The position numbers and the translations under genes are program-made. A DNA stretch of 64,000 nucleotides from NCBI GenBank assembly GCA_965203905.1, contig CBDBDQ010000005.1, positions 3,584,001-3,648,000 of the forward strand. The letters run 5' to 3'. Shown in pieces: positions 41,934-51,158 of this stretch. The stretch comes from Spirochaetia bacterium. Lineage in GTDB: Bacteria; Spirochaetota; Spirochaetia; SZUA-6; Bin103. A model generated the notes under the pieces. That model had not been told where the DNA came from. It was given only the letters and a program-made list of their open reading frames with translations, and ran no database searches. Position 1 is the first letter of the stretch. Each line of letters starts with the position of its first letter.

Positions 41934-42980
41934 ATGCCAACCTTCACTCCCGATCAACTGACCTCCCACGCGCAGCGCCTGCTTGGCGCGGCGGGTCTGC
42001 CCGCCGACGAGGCCCGGCACATCGCCGGATCGCTGGTCCTCTCCAACCTGATGGGCCACGACTCCCACGGCGTCACGCGCCTGCCCCAGTACCTCGGCGT
42101 CCTGGAACAAGGCGGTTTCGTACCGGGCGTCACCATCGAGGTGGTTCGCGAAGCCCCGGCCTCGGCCCTGGTCGACGGCAAGTGGGGCTTCGGCCAGACG
42201 GTCGCCAGGCAGGCCATGGCCCTGGCCATCGAGAAGGCGAGGCAGTCTTCGGTGGGGGTGGTCGAGGTGTTCAACTGCGGCCACATCGGCCGGCTTGGCG
42301 AGTACGTCGAGACTGCCGCGGCCAGCGACATGATTGGCTTCGTGACCTGCAACAACCATGGCGGCGGGCTGCTGCAAGTGCCCTTCGGGGGTGCCCAGCC
42401 GCGCATGTCTCCCAATCCGATCTCGCTTGGCGTACCGACCGGCGGCGAACTGCCGATCGTCATCGACATGACCTCCAGCGTGGTTGCCGAGGGCAAGATC
42501 AAGATGAAGCGCAACCTCGCCGAGCCGATGCCGGACGGCTGGGCGCTCGACGCTGACGGACGCCCGATCACCGACCCCGAGCAGTTCTACGGCCCTCCCC
42601 GAGGCGCCATCCTGCCGTTCGGAGGTGCCAGCGCGCACAAGGGCTTCGCGCTGGCGATCCTGGTAGAAGTGCTGTCGGGCGCCCTTGGCGGGGCCGGGTA
42701 CAGCCGGGGCGGTCAGACGCGCTGGGGCAATGGCGTGTTCATGATGGCACTCGACATCGCGGCGTTCATCGCCCCCGACGACTTCAAGCGCGATACCGGG
42801 GCGTTCGTGGACTGGCTGAAGAGCTCCTCCCTGATGGAAGGATTCGACGAGATTCTATTGCCGGGCGAGCCCGAGTCGCGCACCCGCAGGCAAAGAGAAG
42901 CCGGCGGCGTCTTCGTGGACGAACCGACCTGGCAGCAGATGACCGAGGCCGCGGCGAAGCTTGGCATCGAACTCGGGTAA
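41934..42980 (+). CDS. Ldh2 family oxidoreductase (second paralog)
   Basis: GHDSHG, GHIGR, SPNPIS, AHKGFAL, LPGEPE. Confidence 0.9.
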   Translation: MPTFTPDQLTSHAQRLLGAAGLPADEARHIAGSLVLSNLMGHDSHGVTRLPQYLGVLEQGGFVPGVTIEVVREAPASALVDGKWGFGQTVARQAMALAIEKARQSSVGVVEVFNCGHIGRLGEYVETAAASDMIGFVTCNNHGGGLLQVPFGGAQPRMSPNPISLGVPTGGELPIVIDMTSSVVAEGKIKMKRNLAEPMPDGWALDADGRPITDPEQFYGPPRGAILPFGGASAHKGFALAILVEVLSGALGGAGYSRGGQTRWGNGVFMMALDIAAFIAPDDFKRDTGAFVDWLKSSSLMEGFDEILLPGEPESRTRRQREAGGVFVDEPTWQQMTEAAAKLGIELG

Positions 42981-43007
42981 CGCCTGCGCAAGCTTCTGGT
43001 ACGTGCA

Positions 43008-43043
43008 TTGTTATGATACTTTTCGTATCATAAGATAAGTACC
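43008..43043 (+). promoter_or_regulatory. Leaderless promoter overlapped by a palindromic operator
   Basis: TTGTTA-N17-TAAGAT ends 7 nt before ATG 43044; TTATGATAC-N5-GTATCATAA inverted repeat at 43011-43033; no Shine-Dalgarno. Confidence 0.7.
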
Positions 43044-44168
43044 ATGAAGCAGTTCGTGTTCGACCGGCTCGTTGACCGGGACAACATCTGCAACCTCGAG
43101 CGTGAGCAGCAAGCGCTCAGGGATGCGGTCGGGCGCAGATACCGGATGGTGGTCTACGGGCCGCGGAACTACGGCAAGACCTCGGTGATCCGTAATGTCA
43201 TCATCGAGGAGTTCCGGCGCACCCGCGAGCGTCACTTCGTGCTGTTTGCCGATCTGCTGGGGGTCCGCTCCATGCAGTCTCTGAGCCTGAGACTCTCTAC
43301 CGGCCTGCAACGGTCCTTCGCCGCTTCCTTCCCGGTCAAGAGTCTGCTGGAGAGCGCCGGGCGGTTCCTGGGCGCGTTGCGGCCCGAGATCGCGTTGGAT
43401 CCGCAGACCGGGAGTCCGAGCCTGTCGCTGCACGCGGCCAATCCGGAGTCCGGCCGCAGCCTGGATGCACTCTGGGAACGGATTGCCGGGATTACCGCGG
43501 AAGTCGAATCGCTCATCGTGCTGGACGAATTCCAGGACGTGGCTCTGGTCGACGAAGCGCCCGCTCAGTTGCGCACCGGGCTGGAATCGCTGGGCGAAGT
43601 GCCCATATTGCTCCTCGGTTCCAAGCGGCACATGCTCGCCGGCCTGTTTGCCGCGCCCGCGGCCCCCCTGAGTGCCTGGGGGACCGATCTGGAGTTCCGG
43701 CCAATCCCCTACGACGACTACCACGAGTACATGCAGGAGCGATTCAGCCCGCGCCGCCTGACGATCTCGCGCGAAGTGGCGACGGTCCTGCAGGACGACA
43801 TGCAGCGCGTCCCCGAGGCGGTCAACCGGCTGTGCGCCCAGCTCCTGGAGTTGTACGAGGCAACCGAGATCGACCACGCCAAGGTGCAGTCGGCGTTGGC
43901 GAGGCTCCTCGACAACCGGGAGAGCCGATTCGCGTCCTACCTGTCGAGTTTTTCAGGTACCGACGAGAACGTTCTGACGGAGATTGCGCGGCGCGAACGG
44001 GTCGAGCATCCGCAGTCCAAGAGCTTCCTCGCAAGCGTGCGGCTGTCCAGCCGTACGGTGGCACTGTCGGTCAAGCGACTGTGGGACCGGGGCGTGATCG
44101 ACCATGACGGGGACAGCTATCGGATCGCCGATCCGCTGCTCGCCGCCCACCTCCGCCGCTACCGATAG
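43044..44168 (+). CDS. Archaeal-ATPase/STAND-like P-loop ATPase with C-terminal winged helix
   Basis: Walker A GPRNYGKT, Walker B IVLDEFQ, LGS sensor; C-terminal LWDRGVI...YRIADPLL. Confidence 0.85.
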   Translation: MKQFVFDRLVDRDNICNLEREQQALRDAVGRRYRMVVYGPRNYGKTSVIRNVIIEEFRRTRERHFVLFADLLGVRSMQSLSLRLSTGLQRSFAASFPVKSLLESAGRFLGALRPEIALDPQTGSPSLSLHAANPESGRSLDALWERIAGITAEVESLIVLDEFQDVALVDEAPAQLRTGLESLGEVPILLLGSKRHMLAGLFAAPAAPLSAWGTDLEFRPIPYDDYHEYMQERFSPRRLTISREVATVLQDDMQRVPEAVNRLCAQLLELYEATEIDHAKVQSALARLLDNRESRFASYLSSFSGTDENVLTEIARRERVEHPQSKSFLASVRLSSRTVALSVKRLWDRGVIDHDGDSYRIADPLLAAHLRRYR

Positions 44169-44299
44169 CACATTCACTCCAGCCCGTGCACGCGCTCCGC
44201 GCTCCGAGCCAGTAGTGCCGGTGGTGGTGCACGCCTCCTCGAACTGCCTATTCGAGGTGGAAGGGAGCGGCTTCGCGGCCGCCTTCCGGCAGCACCAGG

Positions 44300-45397
44300 A
44301 ACCTGGTCGGGACGGGGCCGTTTATGCTGACCGACTATGTCGAAGGCTCTTCTATCACTTTCATCAAGAATCCCGACTACTGGGGCCATGACGAAAAGTA
44401 CCCGCAGAACCGCTTGCCCTACGCTGACAAGGTAACGAACCTGGTTATTCTAGAGGAAGCAACACTCATGGCGGCACTACGCTCGGGCACGATTGACTAT
44501 AGAGGTTATGCTGGCGGTAACCAAATAAACTCTTTAGACCAGGCGGAGAGTCTCGAAAAGACCAACCCAGAAATAGCGCAATGGCCGCTTCTTGAAAGGT
44601 CGAATCACTCTTTTGGAGTGAATGTGAATAGGCCGCCGCTCAACGACATCAGGGTGCGCAAGGCACTGCAAATGGCACTGGACCTGGAGACATTAAACGA
44701 CAATTTCTTTAAGGGTCGTGCAAACTGGACACCTGCCGGGCAGGTAGGAACTTCCCACAAAGGGTTTTACATCCCGTTTGACGAGTGGCCCGAGGAGGTG
44801 AAGAAAGGCTATATGTACGATCCAGAAGGTGCCGAGAAGCTTCTTGACGAGGCTGGGTATCCGCGCGGAGCCGACGGCATTAGATTCAAGACCTCCTTTC
44901 TCCCCCACCCAGCTCAAAATCTTAGCTATTATGAATTAGCTATCGCCTACTTTGCTGAGATTGGCGTTGACGTAGATATTCAGATAGTTACAACCGCTGA
45001 GAGGGCCGCCAGATTAAGTCAACCAACTGCTGACTCTTTTGAACTACGCTCGTCGACTGCAGGCAAGCACTACTTTGGTGTGTTTCTTCTCTCGGAACAT
45101 TATACAGGCAGCAGGTGGAATCCCGCCGCAGTCAGCGACCCGGAGTTTGATGCCATAATTGACGCCCTTCGACTTACTAATGACCTCGAGGAGTACCAGA
45201 GGTTGTTCCGAGAGGCAGATATGTACATGATAGAGAGACACTGGACCATATGGGGTCCGGATGCCCCAGCGTTTAATGCGACCCAGCCGTGGGTCAAAGG
45301 GTATAACGGGGAATCGCTACTGGGACAGCATCAAAGGCTGCCCTTGATCGCCCGCCTCTGGATTGACCAGGAGCTGAAGGAAGCACTGGGTCATTAG
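44300..45397 (+). pseudogene. 5'-truncated family 5 ABC substrate-binding protein
   Basis: Begins abruptly at NLVGTGPFML, matching the middle of the intact paralog at 52619; no signal peptide or N-terminal half. Confidence 0.85.
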
Positions 45398-45436
45398 GGG
45401 TTTTGCCCCTTGTGGCTGACCTTAGCGAAGGAAAAA

Positions 45437-45468
45437 GGGAGCTGGGAAGCTTGGGTTTTCCAGCTCCC
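45437..45468. terminator. Stem-loop after the substrate-binding gene
   Basis: GGGAGCTGG...CCAGCTCCC stem. Confidence 0.5.
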
Positions 45469-45477
45469 CCTTAAGAT

Positions 45478-45810
45478 GTCATTGCGAGGAGCGCTTTCAT
45501 ACTGTGGTTCCGAGCGAACACCCGGAATCCAGAAATCGCAACCATACAGGCCTGCCTGCCGCACACCTGCTTGCGCTAAAGCTTCAGCGTAGGCAAGAGG
45601 CTTTGGCAGGCGCGGGGATAGATAGGGGTTTCACCCCTCTGGACTCCCCAAAACCGTGAGAGCCCAGTTTCTTGGCAGGGGTCATCCGCACCTTAGAGAG
45701 TGCCGCGCCCTTCAGTGGAAGGGGCCGGAAAGACGTGGAAGGTGGATTGCGGCCCCGGATCCAGTCCGGGGCAGGTTTTTTTGCCGCAATGACGGGGGAA
45801 TCGCAATGAC
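45478..45810. repeat. Composite palindromic (REP/RPE-like) element
   Basis: Terminal inverted repeat GTCATTGCGA...TCGCAATGAC enclosing several hairpins (CCTGCC...GGCAGG, GCCCCGGA...TCCGGGGC, CCCTTC...GAAGGG). Confidence 0.7.
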
Positions 45811-45837
45811 GGGGGAAAGTGAAATGAGGTGTGTCAC

Positions 45838-46839
45838 ATGAGAGCCTATCTCATCAGGCGGATATTGCTGATAATCCCCACCTTGTTTATATTGAGCATC
45901 CTGGTTTTTCTCTCGGTCCGCTTTATCCCTGGCGATATAATAGACTACATACAAGATAGTATGGAATACCTGGGTACCGGGGTAGACCGTGAAGCTACTG
46001 AGCGTATGCTGGGATTGGACGTGCCTGTCTACGTGCAGTATGGACGCTGGATAGGAGTGTTGCCGATCCCGGACTGGTTTACCGGTGAGTCCCGCTTCAA
46101 CGGTATCCTCCAGGGCACCCTTGGTAAATCACTGTGGGGCGGCCCTTTGCCGATAGAAGAGAGGATAGTAGGTAGATTGCCGGTAACCATTGAGCTTGGC
46201 GTCATGGCAATCGTAATCGGGCTCGTGATAGCCCTGCCGGTGGGCATCTACTCGGCGATTCGCCAGGATACGGCCGCCGACTACGTGGGGCGCTCCATAG
46301 CCATCATCGGCATGGCAACGCCTAACTTCTGGCTGGGAATTATGGTCATGATCTACCCGGCAATCTGGTTGGGCTGGTCGCCACCGCTGCAGCTGGTTTC
46401 TTTCACCGAAGACCCGCTGGGGAATCTCGCGGTGTTCATCGTTCCCAGCCTGATTCTGGGGACGGCCGCTGCTTCCAGCACCATGCGGATGACGCGCACC
46501 ATGATGCTGGAGGTGCTGAGGTAGGACTATATCAGGACGGCCTGGGCCAAGGGTCTAAGGGAGAGGGTAGTTGTTATCAGACACGCCATCAAAAATGCCC
46601 TCATCCCGGTAGTCACCCTGATAGGCATGCAGCTGCCTCTGCTGATAGGTGGCTCCGTTATCATGGAGAACATCTTTAACCTGCCGGGGTTAGGTCGTCT
46701 CATGGTGAATGCCCTCGATGAGAGAGACTACCCGATGGTCTCCGGAATCAACCTGGTTTTTGGCACCGCGGTGGTGCTGTTCAATCTCCTGATCGACCTG
46801 CTCTATTCCTATCTGGACCCGAGAGTGCGGTATGAATGA
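45838..46839 (+). pseudogene. ABC permease (OppB/DppB-like) with in-frame TAG
   Basis: Full-length match to the paralog at 54928, but EVLR*DYIRTA with TAG at 46522-46524 where the paralog has CAG. Confidence 0.88.
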
Positions 46840-47782
46840 CACGCGGGGACAGTTTGCCGATTTCTTGGGCAGGTTGTGGCGGGAGAAGCCGCTGGGGATC
46901 GCCGGTGGGATCGTCATCTTGATCCTGATTCTGCTGGCAATCCTTGCCGAGGTTCTGGCTCCTTATCCACATGGTAAGGTATTCCTGATAGACAGGCTTC
47001 AGGGCCCATCAGCCCGGTATCTGCTGGGTACCGACCAGTTGGGGCGAGACTTCCTGAGCCGCCTTATCTACGGTGCTCGTCTTTCCATAGTTGTCGGTTT
47101 GGCGGCGACCGCTCTCAATGTTGTGGTGGCGGTCCTGATAGGCGGCATCTCAGGATTCTTTGGTGGTAAACTGGACCTGGCGGTGCAGAGATTTGTCGAT
47201 GCCTGGATGGCCTTCCCGGGACTGCTCCTGTTGTTAACCACAATGTCCATAGTGGGGCGGGGTTTGCCACAGATAATAGTGGTCCTGGGGGTAACAGGAG
47301 GCGTCGTCGGCTCAAGAGTAGTCAGAAGCGCCGTTATCGGTGTAATAGAGAACGTGTATTTTCAGGCAGCGGAGGCGATTGGCAGCCCAAAATGGAGCAC
47401 ACTCATCCGACATGTCCTGCCCAATATTGCGCCTGTCGTAATCATCATATTCAGCATCAACATCGGGGGCGTGATTATCAGTGAGGCCTCTCTGAGCTTC
47501 CTGGGATTCGGTCTGCCAGCCCAGATTCCTAGCTGGGGAGGTATGCTCAGCCGGGAAGGGCGCGTGTACATGGAGCAGGCCCCCTGGCTGGCTCTCTGGC
47601 CTGGTCTTTGGCTGACTATTACCGTCTACAGTCTAAACATGTTCGGCGACGCGGTGCGGGACCTGCTCGATCCGCGGCTGCGGGGTGGTGGCGGGCGTCT
47701 CGCTGGCAGCGGCGCCACGGGCGGTCTCCAATCAACCGAGACACGGCCGCTTGCGAACAAGGGGCCTTCGCGCTCCCTCTGA
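46832..47782 (+). CDS. ABC permease (OppC/DppC-like)
   Basis: LGTDQLGRD, ISEASLSFLGFG, NMFGDAVRDLLDPRLR. Confidence 0.92.
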   Translation: MNDTRGQFADFLGRLWREKPLGIAGGIVILILILLAILAEVLAPYPHGKVFLIDRLQGPSARYLLGTDQLGRDFLSRLIYGARLSIVVGLAATALNVVVAVLIGGISGFFGGKLDLAVQRFVDAWMAFPGLLLLLTTMSIVGRGLPQIIVVLGVTGGVVGSRVVRSAVIGVIENVYFQAAEAIGSPKWSTLIRHVLPNIAPVVIIIFSINIGGVIISEASLSFLGFGLPAQIPSWGGMLSREGRVYMEQAPWLALWPGLWLTITVYSLNMFGDAVRDLLDPRLRGGGGRLAGSGATGGLQSTETRPLANKGPSRSL

Positions 47783-47803
47783 AGGCGGCACAGATGCTTA
47801 GCC

Positions 47804-47865
47804 ATGATTCGGTCCTTCAAGGACAAGGAGACAGAGCGGATCTTTCACCAACAGTGGTCCATTAG
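47804..47865 (+). pseudogene. higB: HigB (RelE-family) toxin, internally deleted
   Basis: MIRSFKDKETERIF start fused to CAT-TAG, matching the usual terminal ...H* of HigB; lies directly upstream of higA. Confidence 0.8.
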
Positions 47866-47879
47866 CGAGGTGTCGCGCC

Positions 47880-48203
47880 ATGGCTACGACTAACAGGCCC
47901 GCGTTGGCGGGGAAAATCCCGACGCCGACGGTGGGCGAAATCCTCCAGGAAGAGTTTCTTCAGCCACTGGGGATGACGCCCTACCGCCTTGCGAAAGAGC
48001 TGCGGGTGGCCACAAGTTCGATGCTTGACCTAGTCCACGGGCGCCGCCGCCTCTCGGTCGACATGGCGTTGAGGCTGGCGCGCCTCTTCGGTACGACTGA
48101 GAGATTCTGGCTGAACCTGCAGAACGAGATCGACGTGCGTAATCGCCGGGACGAGTTGAGTCGGGAGCTCGAGGCAATCCAGCCCGTCGCCCACGACGGA
48201 TGA
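47880..48203 (+). CDS. higA: HigA family antitoxin
   Basis: PTVGEILQEEFLQPLGMTPYRLAK...MALRLARLFGTTERFWLNLQ. Confidence 0.92.
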   Translation: MATTNRPALAGKIPTPTVGEILQEEFLQPLGMTPYRLAKELRVATSSMLDLVHGRRRLSVDMALRLARLFGTTERFWLNLQNEIDVRNRRDELSRELEAIQPVAHDG

Positions 48204-48218
48204 GCTCCCACACAAGAT

Positions 48219-48314
48219 GTCTTTGCGAGGAGTCCGCCTTAGGGGGACTATAATCCAGACGATAGGTAAGGATTAGGAGATCGCCACGCCCTTCAGTAGA
48301 AGGGCTCGCCATGA
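48219..48314. repeat. Second, shorter copy of the palindromic element
   Basis: AAGATGTCTTTGCGAGGAG matches 45473; CGCCCTTCAGT.GAAGGG shared; ends CTCGCCATGA. Confidence 0.6.
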
Positions 48315-48324
48315 GGTGTGTCAC

Positions 48325-48501
48325 ATGAGAGCCTATATCATGAGGCGGTTATTGCCGGCGATATAGACCGTGAAGCTCTTGAGCGTAAGCTGGGATTAGA
48401 CGTACCTGTCTACGTGCAGCATGGACGCTGGGTGGGAAATATCTTACTACACGGCACCCTTGGCGAATCACTGCTTGGCGTTTCACAATAGAGGAGAGAT
48501 A
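48325..48501 (+). pseudogene. Degraded third OppB-like permease copy
   Basis: ATGAGGTGTGTCACATGAGAGCCTAT identical to 45824; GACCGTGAAGCTCTTGAGCG...GTCTACGTGCAG matches 55084; several deletions; ends at the inverted repeat at 48502. Confidence 0.8.
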
Positions 48502-48552
48502 GACGGGTCATGGAACCCGCTGAGCGAACCGGTCAGCTGTCGTCGATGCTGC
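48502..48552 (+). repeat. Inverted repeat pair A, left arm
   Basis: 49/51 match to the reverse complement of 51108-51158. Confidence 0.9.
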
Positions 48553-48758
48553 AAATCGAGTGCTCTCCGGGCAACACTTGTCGGTCCGGTCCGACCCAGC
48601 GATGCGGCATCCGAAGGGAGGCGCATATCAGGCCGATGACGTCCTGTTCGGGTATGCAGCTGACCAAGCTGGTTTGTCCGGGGGCTACCCCAGCCGGACA
48701 GTCCCTGCGCCACGCTGCTCGGTTGCAGACCGTCGGCGAAGCGGCGCGACCCAGGGCT

Positions 48759-48979
48759 TCACAGCTGCTGACGGAACTCTTCGACGGTCAAGCCAGCCCG
48801 GGCGATCAGGCCGCGGAGCGTACCGCGTGCAACTTGTTTATGGTTCGGGACTGACAGTGTGGCGATGTGCCTTCTCTGGTCAGGATGATGTGGCTACCTC
48901 GTTGTCTTGCCACGTCGCAGCCAAGGGTGCGGAACACTCCCACCACCTCGCGTGGTGTCAGAAGCGGGACTGGTGGCAT
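48759..48979 (-). pseudogene. hicA: HicA toxin with 1-bp frameshift
   Basis: MPPVPLLTPREVV...RQRGSHIIL; continues HIATLSVPNHKQVARGTLRGLI in a shifted frame from ~48870; length 221 nt. Confidence 0.85.
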
Positions 48980-49185
48980 CAGACATGCACTTCCACCTGC
49001 CGCGTCATTACCGTCAGCGGCAGTCCTTTCTCCGCCCGTACCTCGAGGCACTCCCTGATGGCGTCCTGCACGTTCATCTGCGCTTCTTCAGCCGTCCTTC
49101 CCTGACTGACACACCCGGGGATCGACGGACAGTCGGCGATGAACATGCCATCCTCGTCCTGGGTGATTGTCACCACGAACTTCAT
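48979..49185 (-). CDS. hicB: HicB family antitoxin (short form)
   Basis: MKFVVTITQDEDGMFIADCPSIPGCVSQGRTAEEA...IRECL. Confidence 0.92.
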   Translation of the reverse strand: MKFVVTITQDEDGMFIADCPSIPGCVSQGRTAEEAQMNVQDAIRECLEVRAEKGLPLTVMTRQVEVHV

Positions 49186-49243
49186 AGCCTGAGGCTCACT
49201 CTCAGCAGTATACGACGGGTGGGTGCCGACGGCAACACAATCC

Positions 49244-49356
49244 ACAAGGGGCCTTGGCGCACGGTCCGAATCGGGCAATGGGCGGGTTTCGCGGGCGGCG
49301 GTTTGAGGCAATGGGCTGGTGTGGCGAGCAAGCGCAACGGGTGAAGGCGATGGCCG
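49244..49356 (+). repeat. Inverted repeat pair B, left arm (degenerate)
   Basis: ACAAGGGGCCTTGG, GGCAATGGGC, GCGAGC and TGGCCG blocks match the reverse complement of 50076-50183 in order. Confidence 0.7.
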
Positions 49357-49359
49357 AGG

Positions 49360-49680
49360 CTACGGAGTGATTTCGGTGGCCCGGCCCGCCTGGAGCGATG
49401 GAAGGACGCTCAGAAGGAGAGGGGCGAGAGGTTCCAGGGTTTCGATTCGGTTGTCGTGGACAACGAGGACAGCGACGGCGACCGGAAACCGGCCGAGGTT
49501 TTGCTGGTGTTGGAGGTTCTGGTCAACGGTGACGAACACATCGAACTCGGTCGCAGCCCTGCGGAGCAGCTCGCCGTTGCGGACGCCTGCCCAGCCCTTC
49601 CGTGGCACGGTCTGCACCTCATGGCCTTCCAGGAGCCGAGCAAACTGACGCGGGACCGACTCATCGAGCAGAATGTGCAC
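49360..49680 (-). CDS. DUF5615 PIN-like toxin (VapC45-type)
   Basis: ILLDESVP, GWAGVRNGELL, FVTVDQNL. Confidence 0.88.
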   Translation of the reverse strand: MHILLDESVPRQFARLLEGHEVQTVPRKGWAGVRNGELLRRAATEFDVFVTVDQNLQHQQNLGRFPVAVAVLVVHDNRIETLEPLAPLLLSVLPSLQAGRATEITP

Positions 49681-49888
49681 GGTCTATGAGCAGTTCGCCG
49701 GCAAGCTCGAGCACCTCCTTGGCCTGCCGGCGGGACACCGAGGGGAAGGAATCGAGGAACTTGTCCAGGCTGTCGCCGGCTTCGAGATGGTCCCACAGAC
49801 TCTGGACGGGTACCCGTGTGCCGGCGAATACGGGCGTTCCTGACATGATCTCTGAGTCCTGGACAACCAAGCCGGAGAGGCTACGCAT
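49661..49888 (-). CDS. DUF433 antitoxin
   Basis: DSEIMSGTPVFAGTRVPV...GDSLDKFLDSFPSV. Confidence 0.9.
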   Translation of the reverse strand: MRSLSGLVVQDSEIMSGTPVFAGTRVPVQSLWDHLEAGDSLDKFLDSFPSVSRRQAKEVLELAGELLIDRAHSAR

Positions 49889-50075
49889 CTGTGCTGGCTC
49901 CCTTGATACGAGGATAAGGCAATCTCGGTGTTGGTGGAAGAAGAACGTTGACCGCTCTGAGGTTTCAGATCCACCGCACGGGGTCACCGATTACGAACTC
50001 TGCCGCGGCCGATGAAGCGGCGGCACGACGTGGCAGCGCTACCTCTCATGCCGCCACGATCCACGCCGGCACCAG

Positions 50076-50183
50076 CGGCCAACCGTCACTAGCGGTGCGC
50101 TCGCGACATCAGCACAATGGCGACACCCGTGATCCGGCAAAAGGGCCCATTGCCGACTCAGAATGCGTCCCAAGGCCCCTTGT
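50076..50183 (-). repeat. Inverted repeat pair B, right arm
   Basis: CCAAGGCCCCTTGT at 50170-50183 plus inward similarity to 49244-49356. Confidence 0.7.
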
Positions 50184-50228
50184 CGTGACGTGGGCCGTCG
50201 CGCGTAGTCCGTCTTGCAACTCAGGTGT

Positions 50229-50570
50229 TCAGGAAGTTCCGCTTCCGGAATACGGCTGTGCTGTCGGTGCAGCCTCTCGCAGTACCACCACTTCCTTACT
50301 GAGGCGTCCCTTCAGTCGTGCTTTCTCCACCTCGAGCACGTAGCGCGTTTGCAGGTTGAGCCAGAAGCGCTCGGTCGTGCCAAAATAGCGCGCAAGCCGC
50401 AGCGCGGTATCAGCCGTGATCGCCCGCTTGCCATGCACGATCTCATTGATCCGCCGAGGGGGAACGCTGATGTCCTTCGCAAGCCGATACTGGCTGAGTT
50501 CCATCGGCTCCAGAAACTCCTGTAGCAGGATCTCGCCAGGGTGAATCGGGGGGTGGGCCTTCCTTGCCAT
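50229..50570 (-). CDS. higA: HigA family antitoxin
   Basis: PIHPGEILLQEFLEPM...ITADTALRLARYFGTTERFWLNLQ. Confidence 0.92.
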   Translation of the reverse strand: MARKAHPPIHPGEILLQEFLEPMELSQYRLAKDISVPPRRINEIVHGKRAITADTALRLARYFGTTERFWLNLQTRYVLEVEKARLKGRLSKEVVVLREAAPTAQPYSGSGTS

Positions 50571-50580
50571 GTCTCGCTCC

Positions 50581-50862
50581 TTAATGATAGTCCGTGATCT
50601 CCACATCGAAGGCGTCGCCCCGGTTCCACCGGAAGCAGATCCGCCACTGATCGTTGATGCGGATGCTGTATTGCCCGACCCGATCTCCTGAGAGCCGTTC
50701 CAATCGATTCCCGGGGGGTATCCGCAACTCGTCCAATACGTCTGCCGCGTCCAGGACCAGAAGCTTCCTGTGCGCTCGGCGCTGCAGATCGGGCGGAAGC
50801 CGCCGCGACGGATCTCGCCGGAACACCTTCTCGGTTTCCGCGTCGCGGAAGCTTCGGATCAC
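50581..50862 (-). CDS. higB: HigB (RelE-family) toxin, intact
   Basis: MIRSFRDAETE...LRIPPGNRLERL...SIRINDQWRICF...DYH. Confidence 0.93.
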   Translation of the reverse strand: MIRSFRDAETEKVFRRDPSRRLPPDLQRRAHRKLLVLDAADVLDELRIPPGNRLERLSGDRVGQYSIRINDQWRICFRWNRGDAFDVEITDYH

Positions 50863-50897
50863 TTACGAATAGTAACGTAGCTTGTTATTATTGTCGA
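50863..50897 (-). promoter_or_regulatory. Leaderless higBA promoter
   Basis: TCGACA-N17-TACTAT-N6-GTG; AT-rich with TAAC...GTTA dyads. Confidence 0.65.
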
Positions 50898-51107
50898 GCG
50901 TTATCGGCGTACCCGGCGGCCTCTAACTCTCGGAGGTCGGTGGTCGATCGAGAACATTCCCAAGTGCTGCGTTGAGCCGACGGGCTGATGGCCGCGAAGT
51001 TTCCTGGTCGCGCCGCTTATGCAACGGTTCGAGATTCCTCACCAGCGTCCACCGTCGTAGTAAACTAACGAGTATCCCGCTGGGACGGATCAGAGAGTGC
51101 CGGACAG

Positions 51108-51158
51108 GCGGCATCGACGACAGCTGACCGGTTCGGTCAGCGGGTTCCATGACCCGTC
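51108..51158 (-). repeat. Inverted repeat pair A, right arm
   Basis: Contains the perfect hairpin GCTGACCG-GTT-CGGTCAGC and CGGGT...ACCCG. Confidence 0.9.

Noticed and set aside
44174-44298. Degraded minus-strand gene fragment at the binding-protein truncation junction
   Set aside because: It looks coding-like but has a stop and frame breaks and is too short to identify.
46522-46524. Pyrrolysine or stop-codon recoding
   Set aside because: TAG terminates many normal genes in the window and the position is Gln in the paralog.
50921-50977. Integron attC site (CTCTAAC...GTTGAGC) next to higBA
   Set aside because: The inner L boxes do not pair canonically, no repeated attC sites follow the other TA genes, and there is no intI in the window.
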